Notes under the pieces: generated by a model
Seen by the model: the letters and a program-made list of their open reading frames with translations, nothing else
Told to the model about the DNA's origin: nothing
Databases searched by the model: none
Position numbers and translations under genes: made by a program
From: an uncultured Chloroflexia bacterium
GTDB taxonomy: Bacteria; Chloroflexota; Dehalococcoidia; UBA2979
Reading direction: 5' to 3'
NCBI GenBank assembly: GCA_963728205.1
Contig: CAVSIV010000001.1
Location: forward strand, 128,001-192,000
Length of the DNA stretch: 64,000 nucleotides
Shown: positions 23,449-32,619 of the stretch, in pieces
Layout: each line of letters opens with the position of its first letter
Position numbering within the stretch: the stretch's first letter is position 1

Positions 23449-23697
23449 CTAGCGCGTCACCCGTGGCGAGTGCGGCTCGTAGAGAAACTCGGGGCTCAAG
23501 TCCGCGCCGTTCGGCCACGTCACGGTCCCGAGCACGCGGTCGACCGTTGCCTGCGCAAATGCGCGCCGGTCCCGCAGCGGTTCGAACATCTCCCCGGTGA
23601 GCAGCGGCTCGATGTCGACCTCGCGGCGCACGCCATCGTCGAAGGTCACGGCGATCACGTACGGGCGCAGCACGACCACATCAGTGACGACGTGCAC
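23449..23697 (-). CDS. DUF2442 domain protein (antitoxin-like)
   Basis: VTFDDG.RREVD.....GEMFEPLRD...F.Q..VD...GTVTWPNGADLSPEFLY; AGGAGG RBS. Confidence 0.85.
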   Translation of the reverse strand: MHVVTDVVVLRPYVIAVTFDDGVRREVDIEPLLTGEMFEPLRDRRAFAQATVDRVLGTVTWPNGADLSPEFLYEPHSPRVTR

Positions 23698-23754
23698 GGG
23701 CGTCCTCCTGGTCGAGCGGCGCGATGGGATGAGCGACGATCCCGTTGCGAGCCC

Positions 23755-24144
23755 TCAGTCCTTCCGTTCGCACGCCCCGGCGGCGCGCGCGACGGCGTCG
23801 CTCAGCCAGCGGTTGAGGCTCACGCCGTCGGCCTGCGCGAGGGTCACCGCCCGCGCGTGCAGGCTCGGCGGGAGGCGTACCTGGAGGCGGCCGGAGTACT
23901 CGCGGGCATAAAGGGGAGGCGGAACGTCCTCGCCGTCCTCGAGCATCACCTCGATCACCGACGCCAGGGCGTCGTCGACGGCGTCGATGGCCTCGTTCGC
24001 CGTCTCGCCCTCCATCGCGATCGAGGGGAATTCGAGCACGCGAGCGATGTACATGCCGGGCGTTTCGGGGTCGGGGATGAGCATGCGCGCGTAAGGGCGG
24101 GCGGCGAGCCGGGCGGCCCGGGCGCGCCTCGATTCAGTCGGCAT
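23755..24144 (-). CDS. hicB: HicB-family antitoxin
   Basis: YIARVLEFP..AMEGETANEAI...EDGEDVPPP plus RHH domain YSGRLQVRLPPSLH......A.ADGVSLN. Confidence 0.85.
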   Translation of the reverse strand: MPTESRRARAARLAARPYARMLIPDPETPGMYIARVLEFPSIAMEGETANEAIDAVDDALASVIEVMLEDGEDVPPPLYAREYSGRLQVRLPPSLHARAVTLAQADGVSLNRWLSDAVARAAGACERKD

Positions 24145-24376
24145 CTTCGGCTCCGCTCGCGTCGCTGATCTCGCGAATGATCTGGCGCTTCGTCCCGGTG
24201 GCGCGGAGGCGGTAGGGGAGCGGGATCGACGCGTAACCGGGTTTCGTCCACACGTCCTGGTGCCTCCCTCCTCGACGTCGCGTCCAGCCGGTTGCCATCA
24301 ACGCTCGTTCGATGTCGGCGCGCGTCGTGCCCGCTGGATTGCTCCGCATCGCGTCGAGATCGAGATCGCGTGGCAT
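24134..24376 (-). CDS. hicA: HicA-family toxin (mRNA interferase)
   Basis: 80 aa, NP.....ADIERAL...GW..RRGGRH.VW.KPG; overlaps the hicB start. Confidence 0.7.
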   Translation of the reverse strand: MPRDLDLDAMRSNPAGTTRADIERALMATGWTRRRGGRHQDVWTKPGYASIPLPYRLRATGTKRQIIREISDASGAEDAD

Positions 24377-24575
24377 GCGACGGACGATCTCGCGGTGCGG
24401 GGCGCAGTGGCAATAGTAGCACTAAGAATTGCGGGGCCAGACGGCGGCGAGCAGGGAGCCGTGAGGCCGCTGTTTCCGGCGCCGGTGAGGCCCGCCGGCA
24501 CGCTGGCGCGTGCCGTGCGCCGGGGCGCGACCGCCCCTCCGTGCTACCGTCCCCGGCCATGAGGAGCCTCCCCGC

Positions 24576-25851
24576 GTGACCGCGCCCGTCCCGCCCGCCG
24601 CGCCCGCGACCCCGGCGCTCTCGCCGCGCGACCGCCTGCGCGCGGAGTCGCTGCCGGCGGCGGCGCTGCTCGTCGCGCTCTCCGCGATCGCGCCGTTCGC
24701 GGTCGACATGCTGATCCCGTCGCTGCCGACGCTCTCGCGCGAGCTCGGCGCGAGCAGCGGGACGATGCAGCTTTCGGTGACGCTCTTCATCGTGGCGTTC
24801 GCGGGGACGCAGCTCGTGTACGGGCCGGCGTCGGACCGGCTCGGGCGGCGGCCGGTGCTGCTGGTCGGGCTCGCGCTCTTCGTGCTCGGCGGGCTGGCGT
24901 GCCTGGCGTCGCAGTCGGCGGGGACGCTGATCGCGGGGCGCGTGATCCAGGGCATGGGCGGCGGCGCGGGGCCGGCGGTCGGCGCAGGCGATCGTCGTCG
25001 ACGTCTACGGGCGCGACCGCGCGGCGCGCGTGTTCGCGTTCATGGGCATCGCGATGCCGCTGGCACCGGCAGTGTCGCCGATTGTCGGCGGCTTCCTCCA
25101 CGACGCCTTCGGGTGGCAGTCGGTCTTCGTCGCGCTGGTCGTGCTCGGCGTCGTGCTGGCGGGGCTGGCGGCGGCGATGCTGCCGGAGACGAACCCGCGG
25201 CACCGGCGAACGGTGGGCGACGCGCGCGGGCTGCGGGCCGACTACCGCACGGTGCTGTCGTCGCGCACGTTCCTCGGGTTCGCGCTCGTGCAGGGGCTGC
25301 TGTTCGCGGGTCAGCTGCTGTTCATCTCGTCGTCGTCGTACGTGCTGATCGACGAGCTCGGGCTCTCGGCGCGGGCGTACGGCTTCGCGTTCGCGCTCTT
25401 CGCGATGGGGCTGATGGCGGGCGCGACGCTCTCCAGCCGGCTGGTCGCACGGATGTCGCTGCCGGCGGTGGTGCGCGCGGGCTCGGCGGGCGCGGCGGCG
25501 GCGACGGTGGTGATGCTGGCGCTCGCGCTGGCCGGCGATGCGACGGTGGCGACGGTGCTGGTGCCGGTGTTCTTCGTGGGTATCGGGCTGGGCGTCGTGC
25601 GGCCGGCGGCGATCGCGGGGGCGATCGTGCCGTTCCCGGCGATGGCCGGGCTGGCGTCCTCGCTGCTCATCTTCAACCAGCAGCTGGTGGCGACGTCGTC
25701 GAACATCGTCTACGGGCTGGCGGTGCCGGCCGGCACGGTGGCGCTGGCCGGCGGGATGGCCGGGGCGATCGCGCTGGCGGTGGTGGCGGCGCTGGCGGTG
25801 CTGCCGTCGCGGGTCGGACCCGCCGCGTCCACGGGCGCGCCGCCGGGATAG
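24576..25851 (+). CDS. Bcr/CflA-family MFS efflux transporter (one frameshift near 24985)
   Basis: APFAVDMLIPSLP, QLVYGPASDRLGRRPVL, LPET; GAGGAG RBS before GTG 24576. Confidence 0.85.
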
Positions 25852-25897
25852 CCTCGGGTCGCCAGACCGGCACCCGCCGGGATAGCCATCGGGTTGC

Positions 25898-26245
25898 GTC
25901 GGCCGGCGCACCGCCGGGCTCACCCCGGGCGGGCGGCTGGCGCGGGCGTACGCCGGCCGGCGCACCGCCGGGGTTACTCCGGCGGCTGGCGCGGGCGTAC
26001 GTCGGCCGGCGCACCGCCGGGGTTACTCCGGCGGCTGGCGCGGGCGTACGTCCGTCCGGCGCACCGCCGGGGTTACTCCGGCGGCTGGCGCGGGCGTACG
26101 TCGGCCGGCGCACCGCCGGGGTTACTCCGGCGGCTGGCGCGGGCGTACGTCGGCCGGCGCACCGCCGGGATAATCCCGGCGGCTGGCGCGCGGCGACCGT
26201 AGCCACGATGACACCGCAAGCCGCCGGGCTGATCCCGGCGGTGCG
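25898..26245. repeat. Tandem array of about 6 49-bp REP-containing units (REP family A: GCACCGCCGGG-N5-CCCGGCGGCT)
   Basis: Unit GTCGGCCGGCGCACCGCCGGGGTTACTCCGGCGGCTGGCGCGGGCGTAC repeated head to tail, closed by an inverted copy near 26220-26245; no unique spacers. Confidence 0.9.
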
Positions 26246-26300
26246 CTGATGGACCCCGCCCCGCCAGGGTGCGCCCCGGCGAACACGAAAGGACCCGCCC

Positions 26301-27302
26301 ATGCCATCCACTCCCGCGATTGACATGCACGCCCACGCGCTCGTCCCCGGCGTGGAGGAGCTCGTGCGTGGCACGGAGGGGCGTCGCCGCGAGAACGAGG
26401 CGACGGCGCGCGGCACGACGCAGGCGTCGATTGACCACAACCGCTCGCTCGGCGCGACCTACGGGCCGAAGCTGACCGACCTCGCGGTGCGGCTGGCCGA
26501 CATGGACGCGATGGGCGTCGACGTGCAGGCGGTCAGCATCGCGCCCCCGCAGTACCACTACTGGGCCGACGAGGCCCTGGCCGAGCGCATCGTGACGGTG
26601 GCGAACGCGCACATCGCGGGGCTGGTCGCGGAGGCGCCGGATCGGCTCGTCGGGCTGGGGACGGCATCGCTGCAGCACCCGGCGCTGGCGGTCGCGCAGC
26701 TGGGGCAGGCGGTGGAGGGGCTCGGGCTGCGCGGGGTGATGGTGTCGACCCGCGTCGGCGAGATGGAGCTGGCGGACCCGTCGCTCGAGCCGTTCTGGGC
26801 GCGCGCCGAGGCGCTGGGCGCCGTGGTGTTCATCCACCCGATGGGCTGCTCGCTGGGCGAGCGCATCGCTCCGTACTACCTGTCGAACGTGATCGGGAAC
26901 CCGGCGGAGACGACGGTGGCGCTGAGCCTGCTGATCTTCGGCGGGGTGCTGGAGCGGCACCTGGGGCTGAAGATCGTGGCGGCGCACGGGGGCGGATACC
27001 TGCCCTTCTACATCGCGCGGTCGGACCACGGCTGGGAGGTGCGGCCGGAGGCGCGCACGATCCCGCAGCCGCCGAGCGCCTACCTGCGGCGCATCACGTT
27101 CGACGCGCTCGTCTACACGCCGACGCAGGTGCGGCACCTCGTCGACCAGGTCGGCGCGAGCCAGGTGGTGCTGGGGACGGACTACCCGTACGACATGGGC
27201 GTGACTGACCCGCTCGCGACGCTCGCCGCGGTCGAGGGGCTCTCGGAGGCCGAGCGGGACGCGATCCGGGGCGGGAACGCGGCGCGGCTGCTCGGCTTGT
27301 AG
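26301..27302 (+). CDS. Amidohydrolase-2 family protein (ACMSD-like decarboxylase/hydratase)
   Basis: IDMHAH, MDAMGVD, VFIHP, AHGGGYLP, GTDYPYDMG; GAAAGGA RBS. Confidence 0.88.
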   Translation: MPSTPAIDMHAHALVPGVEELVRGTEGRRRENEATARGTTQASIDHNRSLGATYGPKLTDLAVRLADMDAMGVDVQAVSIAPPQYHYWADEALAERIVTVANAHIAGLVAEAPDRLVGLGTASLQHPALAVAQLGQAVEGLGLRGVMVSTRVGEMELADPSLEPFWARAEALGAVVFIHPMGCSLGERIAPYYLSNVIGNPAETTVALSLLIFGGVLERHLGLKIVAAHGGGYLPFYIARSDHGWEVRPEARTIPQPPSAYLRRITFDALVYTPTQVRHLVDQVGASQVVLGTDYPYDMGVTDPLATLAAVEGLSEAERDAIRGGNAARLLGL

Positions 27303-27521
27303 GGCGGCGGCGGACGGGGGGTTCGCGGGGCCTCGCTGGCCCTCGCGCGCCCGCGGCGAGCAGGGGACGTCAGGCCGCTGTTTCCAGCAGCGCCCGCCGC
27401 CGGATGCCACCCTCGGAGTGAGCGCGTCGCGCGGACCGTCTCCGTGGTAGGCGGCGCCGGCGGCCGCAGCGCCCGAAAGCAGCGGGCTCACGCCACCCTG
27501 CTCGCCGCGGCGCGAGCGGGC

Positions 27522-28283
27522 CTACTTCACCACCGTCGTCTGGAACGGGACCTCCGCGGCGTCCACCGTCGCGTGCACGCTTCCGTCCGCGTCGCGCGGT
27601 GGGTTGTGCAGGACCAGCGACTGCGGCGTCTCGTAGTGGAACCCGTCGGCCGCGACGCGAAACGCGCGGTCGTGGCCCGGGTACACCATGGCGCAGGTGT
27701 CGATGATGCGGCGCGCGCTGCGGCGTGCCTGCTCCTCGTCGTGGAACACGAGCCGGGCGGAGGGGACCGCCGCCGCGGCGGCCGCGCGCGACGGCAGCGC
27801 GTCGCCGACCATGCCGGCGACGCCGCCCGCCGTCTCGACGAGCACCGCCATGCTGCCCGGGCTGTGCCCGGGCGCGGCCATCACGCGCACGCCCGGCTCG
27901 AGCTCCTCCCCGTCGCCGACGGTCGCAACCGCGCGGCAGCGCCGCAGGATGTCCGCCATGTACGCGGGCGTCGCCCAGTCGTGCGCGCGCGGCGACTGGG
28001 CGTACTCGTACTCGTCGCGGTGCAGGACGACCTCGGCGTTCGGGAAGTGCAGCAGGTTGAGCGCGTGATCCCAGTGCGCGTGCGTGAGGACGACGCGGTC
28101 GACGCCCTCCGGCGTCACGCCGAGCGCCGCCAGTCGCGCGACCAGCAGCTCGCGGCGCGCGTGGTAGCCGACGTCGACGAGCGTCGTGCGCTCGCCGCGC
28201 AGCAGCGTGACGCCGCAGTACGAGAGCGAGCCCTCGCTGGTGGTGGTCGAGAAGCCCTGCAGGACGACGTCGATCTGTGGCAT
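27522..28283 (-). CDS. MBL-fold metallo-hydrolase
   Basis: LVDVG, THAHWDH, PGHSPG, GDAL, YPGHD motifs. Confidence 0.85.
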   Translation of the reverse strand: MPQIDVVLQGFSTTTSEGSLSYCGVTLLRGERTTLVDVGYHARRELLVARLAALGVTPEGVDRVVLTHAHWDHALNLLHFPNAEVVLHRDEYEYAQSPRAHDWATPAYMADILRRCRAVATVGDGEELEPGVRVMAAPGHSPGSMAVLVETAGGVAGMVGDALPSRAAAAAAVPSARLVFHDEEQARRSARRIIDTCAMVYPGHDRAFRVAADGFHYETPQSLVLHNPPRDADGSVHATVDAAEVPFQTTVVK

Positions 28284-28599
28284 GCGCACCCCCGGTCGCG
28301 CCGCAGGGTAGGGGATCGCCGCGTCGCGAGGCGCGCTCCTCACGCCCCGTGCGGGCGATCGCCCGAGCGATCTCCGCCTCGGACAACCCGGGCTCCGACC
28401 GCAACCCATCGGGGGTGTGCTTGCCGAGCCGCGGCGGCGGCAGCGGAGCGGGCAGGCGTGCGCGCGAGAAGGACCACGGCTGCCGGCGTAGCGGTGCGTG
28501 CCGGTTCGCCTCCGGGCGCGGCGTTCATCAGGGCGAAACATAACTCTGCGTACGATGCCCGCAGGGTTCCGGGACGACCGAAGTGATCGGAGGCGTGGC

Positions 28600-28938
28600 A
28601 TGCGGAGCAACTGTGGCTGGGCGCAGCTCATGGACGCGAGCAGCGAGCGGCCGGTCGCGCGCGGGCGGGTCTTCGTTTCGGCGTGCGCCGAAGTAGTCGT
28701 CACGCGCGAGCAGCGATGCGACTGGGAGGGCGAGATCGACCTCGTGCGGCCGGACCGCCGCGCGCTGACCGATGGCCTCTACACGCTCTGGTTCGAGGAC
28801 GGACGCGAGCAGCGCCGGGTCCGCGTCGACGACGTGGCGATGCAGGCGGCGCCGTCGGGCGCCCGCGCATCTGCGCGCCTGAGCAGCATGGACTCCGAGG
28901 CGCCGTCGCTGATCACCGAGCTCGGCGGCGAGCAGTAG
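28600..28938 (+). CDS. Hypothetical protein (112 aa)
   Basis: GGAGG RBS before ATG 28600 and coding-like composition; no family recognised. Confidence 0.55.
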   Translation: MRSNCGWAQLMDASSERPVARGRVFVSACAEVVVTREQRCDWEGEIDLVRPDRRALTDGLYTLWFEDGREQRRVRVDDVAMQAAPSGARASARLSSMDSEAPSLITELGGEQ

Positions 28939-29116
28939 CGCGGGCCGCGCCGTCGACCGCCACCGCGTCCTGCCCGCCCTCGCCCATTCAGCCGCGACCG
29001 AACGGCGAGCCGCGGGCATCCCCCGGCGGCTCGCCGGTCCCGCCCCCGCCCTCCTCCACACGAAACGAGCCGCCCGTATTCCCGGGCGGCTCGCCTGTCG
29101 TGCCCGGCGAACGCGC

Positions 29117-29794
29117 CTACCGGCGCGACCCGCCGAAGATGCGGAGCAGGAAGAGGAAGAGGTTGATGATGTCGAGGTAGATGGCGAGGGTGATCACCAC
29201 CGCGTTGCCCATCGTGTCCTCGACGTAGCGCGTGCGGTTGACCTCGAACACCAGCAACACGCTGAACAGGCCGGCGCCGATCCAGCTGATCAGGCCGCTG
29301 AGCATGGTCCCGCCGACGAAGATGTTGAGGATCATCGCGCCGACCAGGCCGAGCAGTCCCATGAACAGGTAGGGGCCGAGGCCGGACAGGTCGCGCTTCG
29401 TCGTGAGCGCGTAGGCCGAGAGGCCGACGGTCATGACGCCGGTCGTCATGCCGGCCTGGAGCACGACGCCGCCGAGGCCGGCGCCGACGTACGCCATGAT
29501 GATCGGCCCGAGCGTCATGCCCGAGACGAAGGCGAAGGCGTAGAGCAGGACGAGGTTGATGCCCTCGCGGTTGCGCAGGCCCTGCACCGCGAAGATCAGG
29601 CCGAACTCGAGCAGCAGCAGCGGCAGCATCCAGCCCGGGCCAAGGGCCGCGCCGATCACGCCCCCGACCGCCGCGAAGGCGAACGAGAACGCGAGCAGGG
29701 CGAAGACCTTGCCGAGCAGCGTGCCCGCCAGCTCGCCGGAGACCGTCCCGAAGGACGCGCGCCGGATGCGCTCCGGCTGCTCCTGGTACGACAT
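29117..29794 (-). CDS. Bax inhibitor-1/YccA family membrane protein
   Basis: About 7 TM segments, YALTTKRDLSGLG, C-terminal LAIYLDIINLFLFLLRIFG. Confidence 0.9.
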   Translation of the reverse strand: MSYQEQPERIRRASFGTVSGELAGTLLGKVFALLAFSFAFAAVGGVIGAALGPGWMLPLLLLEFGLIFAVQGLRNREGINLVLLYAFAFVSGMTLGPIIMAYVGAGLGGVVLQAGMTTGVMTVGLSAYALTTKRDLSGLGPYLFMGLLGLVGAMILNIFVGGTMLSGLISWIGAGLFSVLLVFEVNRTRYVEDTMGNAVVITLAIYLDIINLFLFLLRIFGGSRR

Positions 29795-29828
29795 ACGTGG
29801 CTCTCCTTGTCGCGAACGAACTGCTCGA

Positions 29829-29871
29829 AGTGTACCCGCGCGGGCGGGCGTGCGCGTGAACGGTCTGTGAA
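29829..29871 (-). promoter_or_regulatory. OmpR/PhoB-type direct repeat (TTCAC-N6-TTCAC) plus TACACT -10 upstream of yccA
   Basis: GTGAA at 29856 and 29867 (11-bp period); -10 lies 21 nt downstream, the same geometry as upstream of the second pstB. Confidence 0.45.
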
Positions 29872-29980
29872 CCTTCACAGGGATCGGCGCGTCGCGGCGC
29901 GGGCACTCCGCGGCACAGCGGCGGCAGACGTGCCGCCGACAGGCGCGCGGCGCCAGCCGCGGACGCAGCGCCGCACAACG

Positions 29981-30009
29981 AAAGAGCCCGGCGCTTGCGC
30001 CGGGCTCTT
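29981..30009 (-). terminator. Intrinsic terminator after the RRM gene
   Basis: On the - strand, hairpin AAGAGCCCGGCGC-AA-GCGCCGGGCTCTT followed by T-rich TCGTTGT. Confidence 0.65.
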
Positions 30010-30070
30010 CGAGTTGCTTCCGATGGGTCACCCGAGCCCGCGAGGGCTCCGACCGGAACGCGCGACTGAC

Positions 30071-30463
30071 TTAGCGGCGACCGCCGCCGTAGCCACCGCC
30101 GCCGCTGCGGCCGCCGCCGTAACCACCGCCGCCGCCGCCACCATAGCCACCGCCGCCGCCGCTGCGGCCGCCGCCGCCGCCGAAGCCGCCGCGGGCGCCG
30201 CCGGCCTCACGCGGCCGTGCCTCGTTCACGTTGAGGGAGCGCCCGCCGAAGTCCTTGCCGTTGAGCGCGGCAATCGCCTTCGTGGCGTCCTCGTTCGACA
30301 TCTCCACGAAGCCGAAGCCCCGGGGACGCCCCGTCTCACGGTCGGTCGGGAGGGCGACGGAAACGACTTCGCCGTATGCGGCGAACAGTTCCTCGACCTC
30401 GGCCTCCGTCGCGCTGAACGGCAGGTTGCCCACATAGATCTTCTGAACCAACTGAACCTTCAC
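30071..30463 (-). CDS. RRM-domain RNA-binding protein with glycine-rich tail
   Basis: RNP2 IYVGNL, RNP1 [16 protein letters not shown], Gly-rich C-terminus; AAGGAG RBS. Confidence 0.95.
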   Translation of the reverse strand: MKVQLVQKIYVGNLPFSATEAEVEELFAAYGEVVSVALPTDRETGRPRGFGFVEMSNEDATKAIAALNGKDFGGRSLNVNEARPREAGGARGGFGGGGGRSGGGGGYGGGGGGGYGGGRSGGGGYGGGRR

Positions 30464-30795
30464 TCCTTGTCGGCCTGACGCCGACCCCGGACCGGCCTCA
30501 CGGCGCGGTCATCATCGAGTCACTTGCCCATGCCGGGTGGCACGGTCCCATCCAATCTCAGACGCTACGTGGAAGCTCGGGTGAAGGGCGACCAGCGGGC
30601 GGGGCTGAGTGGGCACCGATTGCTCGATGCTCCGATTCAGCGTAGCACGCGCGGGTCCGTTAGGGGCCCGCAAGCAGACGTGAATTCTCTCGCAAACCGC
30701 CGGGGATCGACGCCGTTGGCCGTCCGCGATCCGCTGCCGGGTACGCCGTACGCCGCGCGTCGTGCCGCGATGTCGCGCCGGCGCCACGCGGACCG

Positions 30796-31332
30796 CTATC
30801 GCGCCGCGAACGTCGCGGTCAGGCCGTTCGCCAGCTGCGTCTTCTCGGCGGTGGTGAGCTTCGCCGACGGATGCATCCACACGTAGTAGCTCGGCGGCAT
30901 CGACCCGCGGTCGATGACCCGCGCGACCTCGCGCGTGTGCTCGCCGCCCGCGCCCACGGCGGTCCACTCCGAGAAGTTGAGCGCACCGCGCCCGCCGCTC
31001 ACGTCGTTCTGCACCAGCCACGACACCGGCGCGATGTTCGAGTACCAGGGCCACCTCCCCTGGTTGCTGTGGCAGTCGAAGCACGCCCGCACCGCGAGGT
31101 CGCGCGTCTGCGGGCCGTCCCACACCGGCTCCTGCACGACGGCCGGGTTGGAGTGGAACCAGCCGTACGGCAGCAGCTGCGCGCCGACGCCGAGGACCAC
31201 GCCGAGCACCACCAGCGAGAGCACGAGCGGCACCGGCCGGCGCTCCGTGCCGAGGCGGCGGAGCCGCGGCCACCACCAGCGCGCGGTCACGACGAGGAGG
31301 GAGAGACAGGCGAGACGGAAGATCGACCACAT
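30796..31332 (-). CDS. Haem-binding domain (Haem_bd) c-type cytochrome protein
   Basis: RACFDCHSN..WPWYS.IAPVSWLV..DV..GR..LNFSEW...MPP..Y.WMH; N-terminal TM segments. Confidence 0.85.
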   Translation of the reverse strand: MWSIFRLACLSLLVVTARWWWPRLRRLGTERRPVPLVLSLVVLGVVLGVGAQLLPYGWFHSNPAVVQEPVWDGPQTRDLAVRACFDCHSNQGRWPWYSNIAPVSWLVQNDVSGGRGALNFSEWTAVGAGGEHTREVARVIDRGSMPPSYYVWMHPSAKLTTAEKTQLANGLTATFAAR

Positions 31333-31650
31333 GCGACGAACGTAGCGACGCGCCCGATTGCGTTCCTCGGCCATTCGGCCCGGCGCGGCCGGGACCGACG
31401 GCCCGTCCCCCGGGGGCCGCGCCCGGCGTCCGGGCGCGCGGCATGCTTCTCGCGTGCCGTGTGCAGTGGCCACCCCCTCCCCGAGAGCGTGAGATGGCTG
31501 CCTCCGACCGCGCGAGCCGGCGCCTGGACACGGCGGGCCTGAAGCCCGCCGCGCGCCGGGGGCTTCCCCCCGGCGCCGCGGAATCGTGATGATGGATGCG
31601 CCCGCGAAGCGGCCGTCGCCACGGCGCCGGCGCCGGCGAAGGGAGCGCGC

Positions 31651-32617
31651 GTGTCCACCACCCCGAGCGCCATCGAGACCCGCGCCCTCACGAAGTCGTA
31701 CGGCGAGCGCCGCGGCGTCTTCGACCTCGACCTCGCCGTGGCGGAGGGCGAGATTCCACGGCTTCCTCGGCCCCAACGGCGCCGGCAAGACGACGGCGAT
31801 CCGCCTGCTGCTCGACCTCATTCGCCCCGACCGCGGCGCGGCGACGATCTTCGGCCACGACTGCCGCGACGAGGCGACGGCCGTGCACGCGCTCGTCGGC
31901 TACCTGCCGGGCGAGTTCTCGCTCGACGCCCGCCTCACCGGCCGCCAGCTCGTCACGTACCTCGGCAACCTGCGCGGCCCGATCGACTGGGGGGAGGTCG
32001 ACGGCCTCGCTCGCGCGCTCGACCTGGACCTCGACCGGCCGTTCGGGCAGTACTCCCGCGGCAACAAGCAGAAGGTCGGGCTGCTGCAGGCGTTCATGCA
32101 GCGGCCGCGGCTGCTGATCCTCGACGAGCCGACGGGCGGCCTCGATCCGCTCAACCAGGAGGCGGTGCTCGACCTTGTGCGGTCGGCGCACCGCGGTGGG
32201 GCGACCGTGTTCTTCTCGTCGCACGTGCTGAGCGAGGTCGAGACGGTGTGCCAGCGCGTCGGCTTCATCCGCGACGGCGAGCTCATCCGCAGCGGTCCCG
32301 TGCGCGACCTGCTCGCGGTGAAGGGCCACAGCGTGGAGGCGGAGTGCGAACGCGCGCCGGACCCGGCGGCGCTGGCCGCGCTCGACGGCGTGAGCGGCGT
32401 CGCGGTCGAGGACCACGTGGCGACGTGCTTCGTGCGCGGCGAGATGGGGCCGCTGGTGCAGCTGCTCGCCGGCTGGGGGGTGCGCCGGCTGGAGAGCCGG
32501 GAGCCCAACCTCACCGAGATCTTCCTCGGGCTCTACGAGGGCGACGGCGCGGACTCGCTGCCGGACGGCGCGGCCGGCGCCGGCGCGGGCGACGCGTCCG
32601 CGGCGCGAGGCGGCTGA
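31651..32617 (+). CDS. ABC-2 exporter ATP-binding subunit (frameshift near 31755)
   Basis: GFLGPNGAGKTT, YSRGNKQK, LILDEPTGGLDP, FFSSH. Confidence 0.9.
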
Positions 32618-32619
32618 GC

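Noticed and set aside
25898-26245. CRISPR array
   Set aside because: The units are contiguous and near-identical, with no unique spacers and no cas genes; this is a REP tandem.
28525-28590. c-di-GMP riboswitch upstream of the hypothetical gene
   Set aside because: GGGCGAAAC is only a partial resemblance; the rest of the GEMM consensus is not evident.
30071-30200. GCC/ACC microsatellite
   Set aside because: It simply encodes the glycine-rich tail of the RRM protein.
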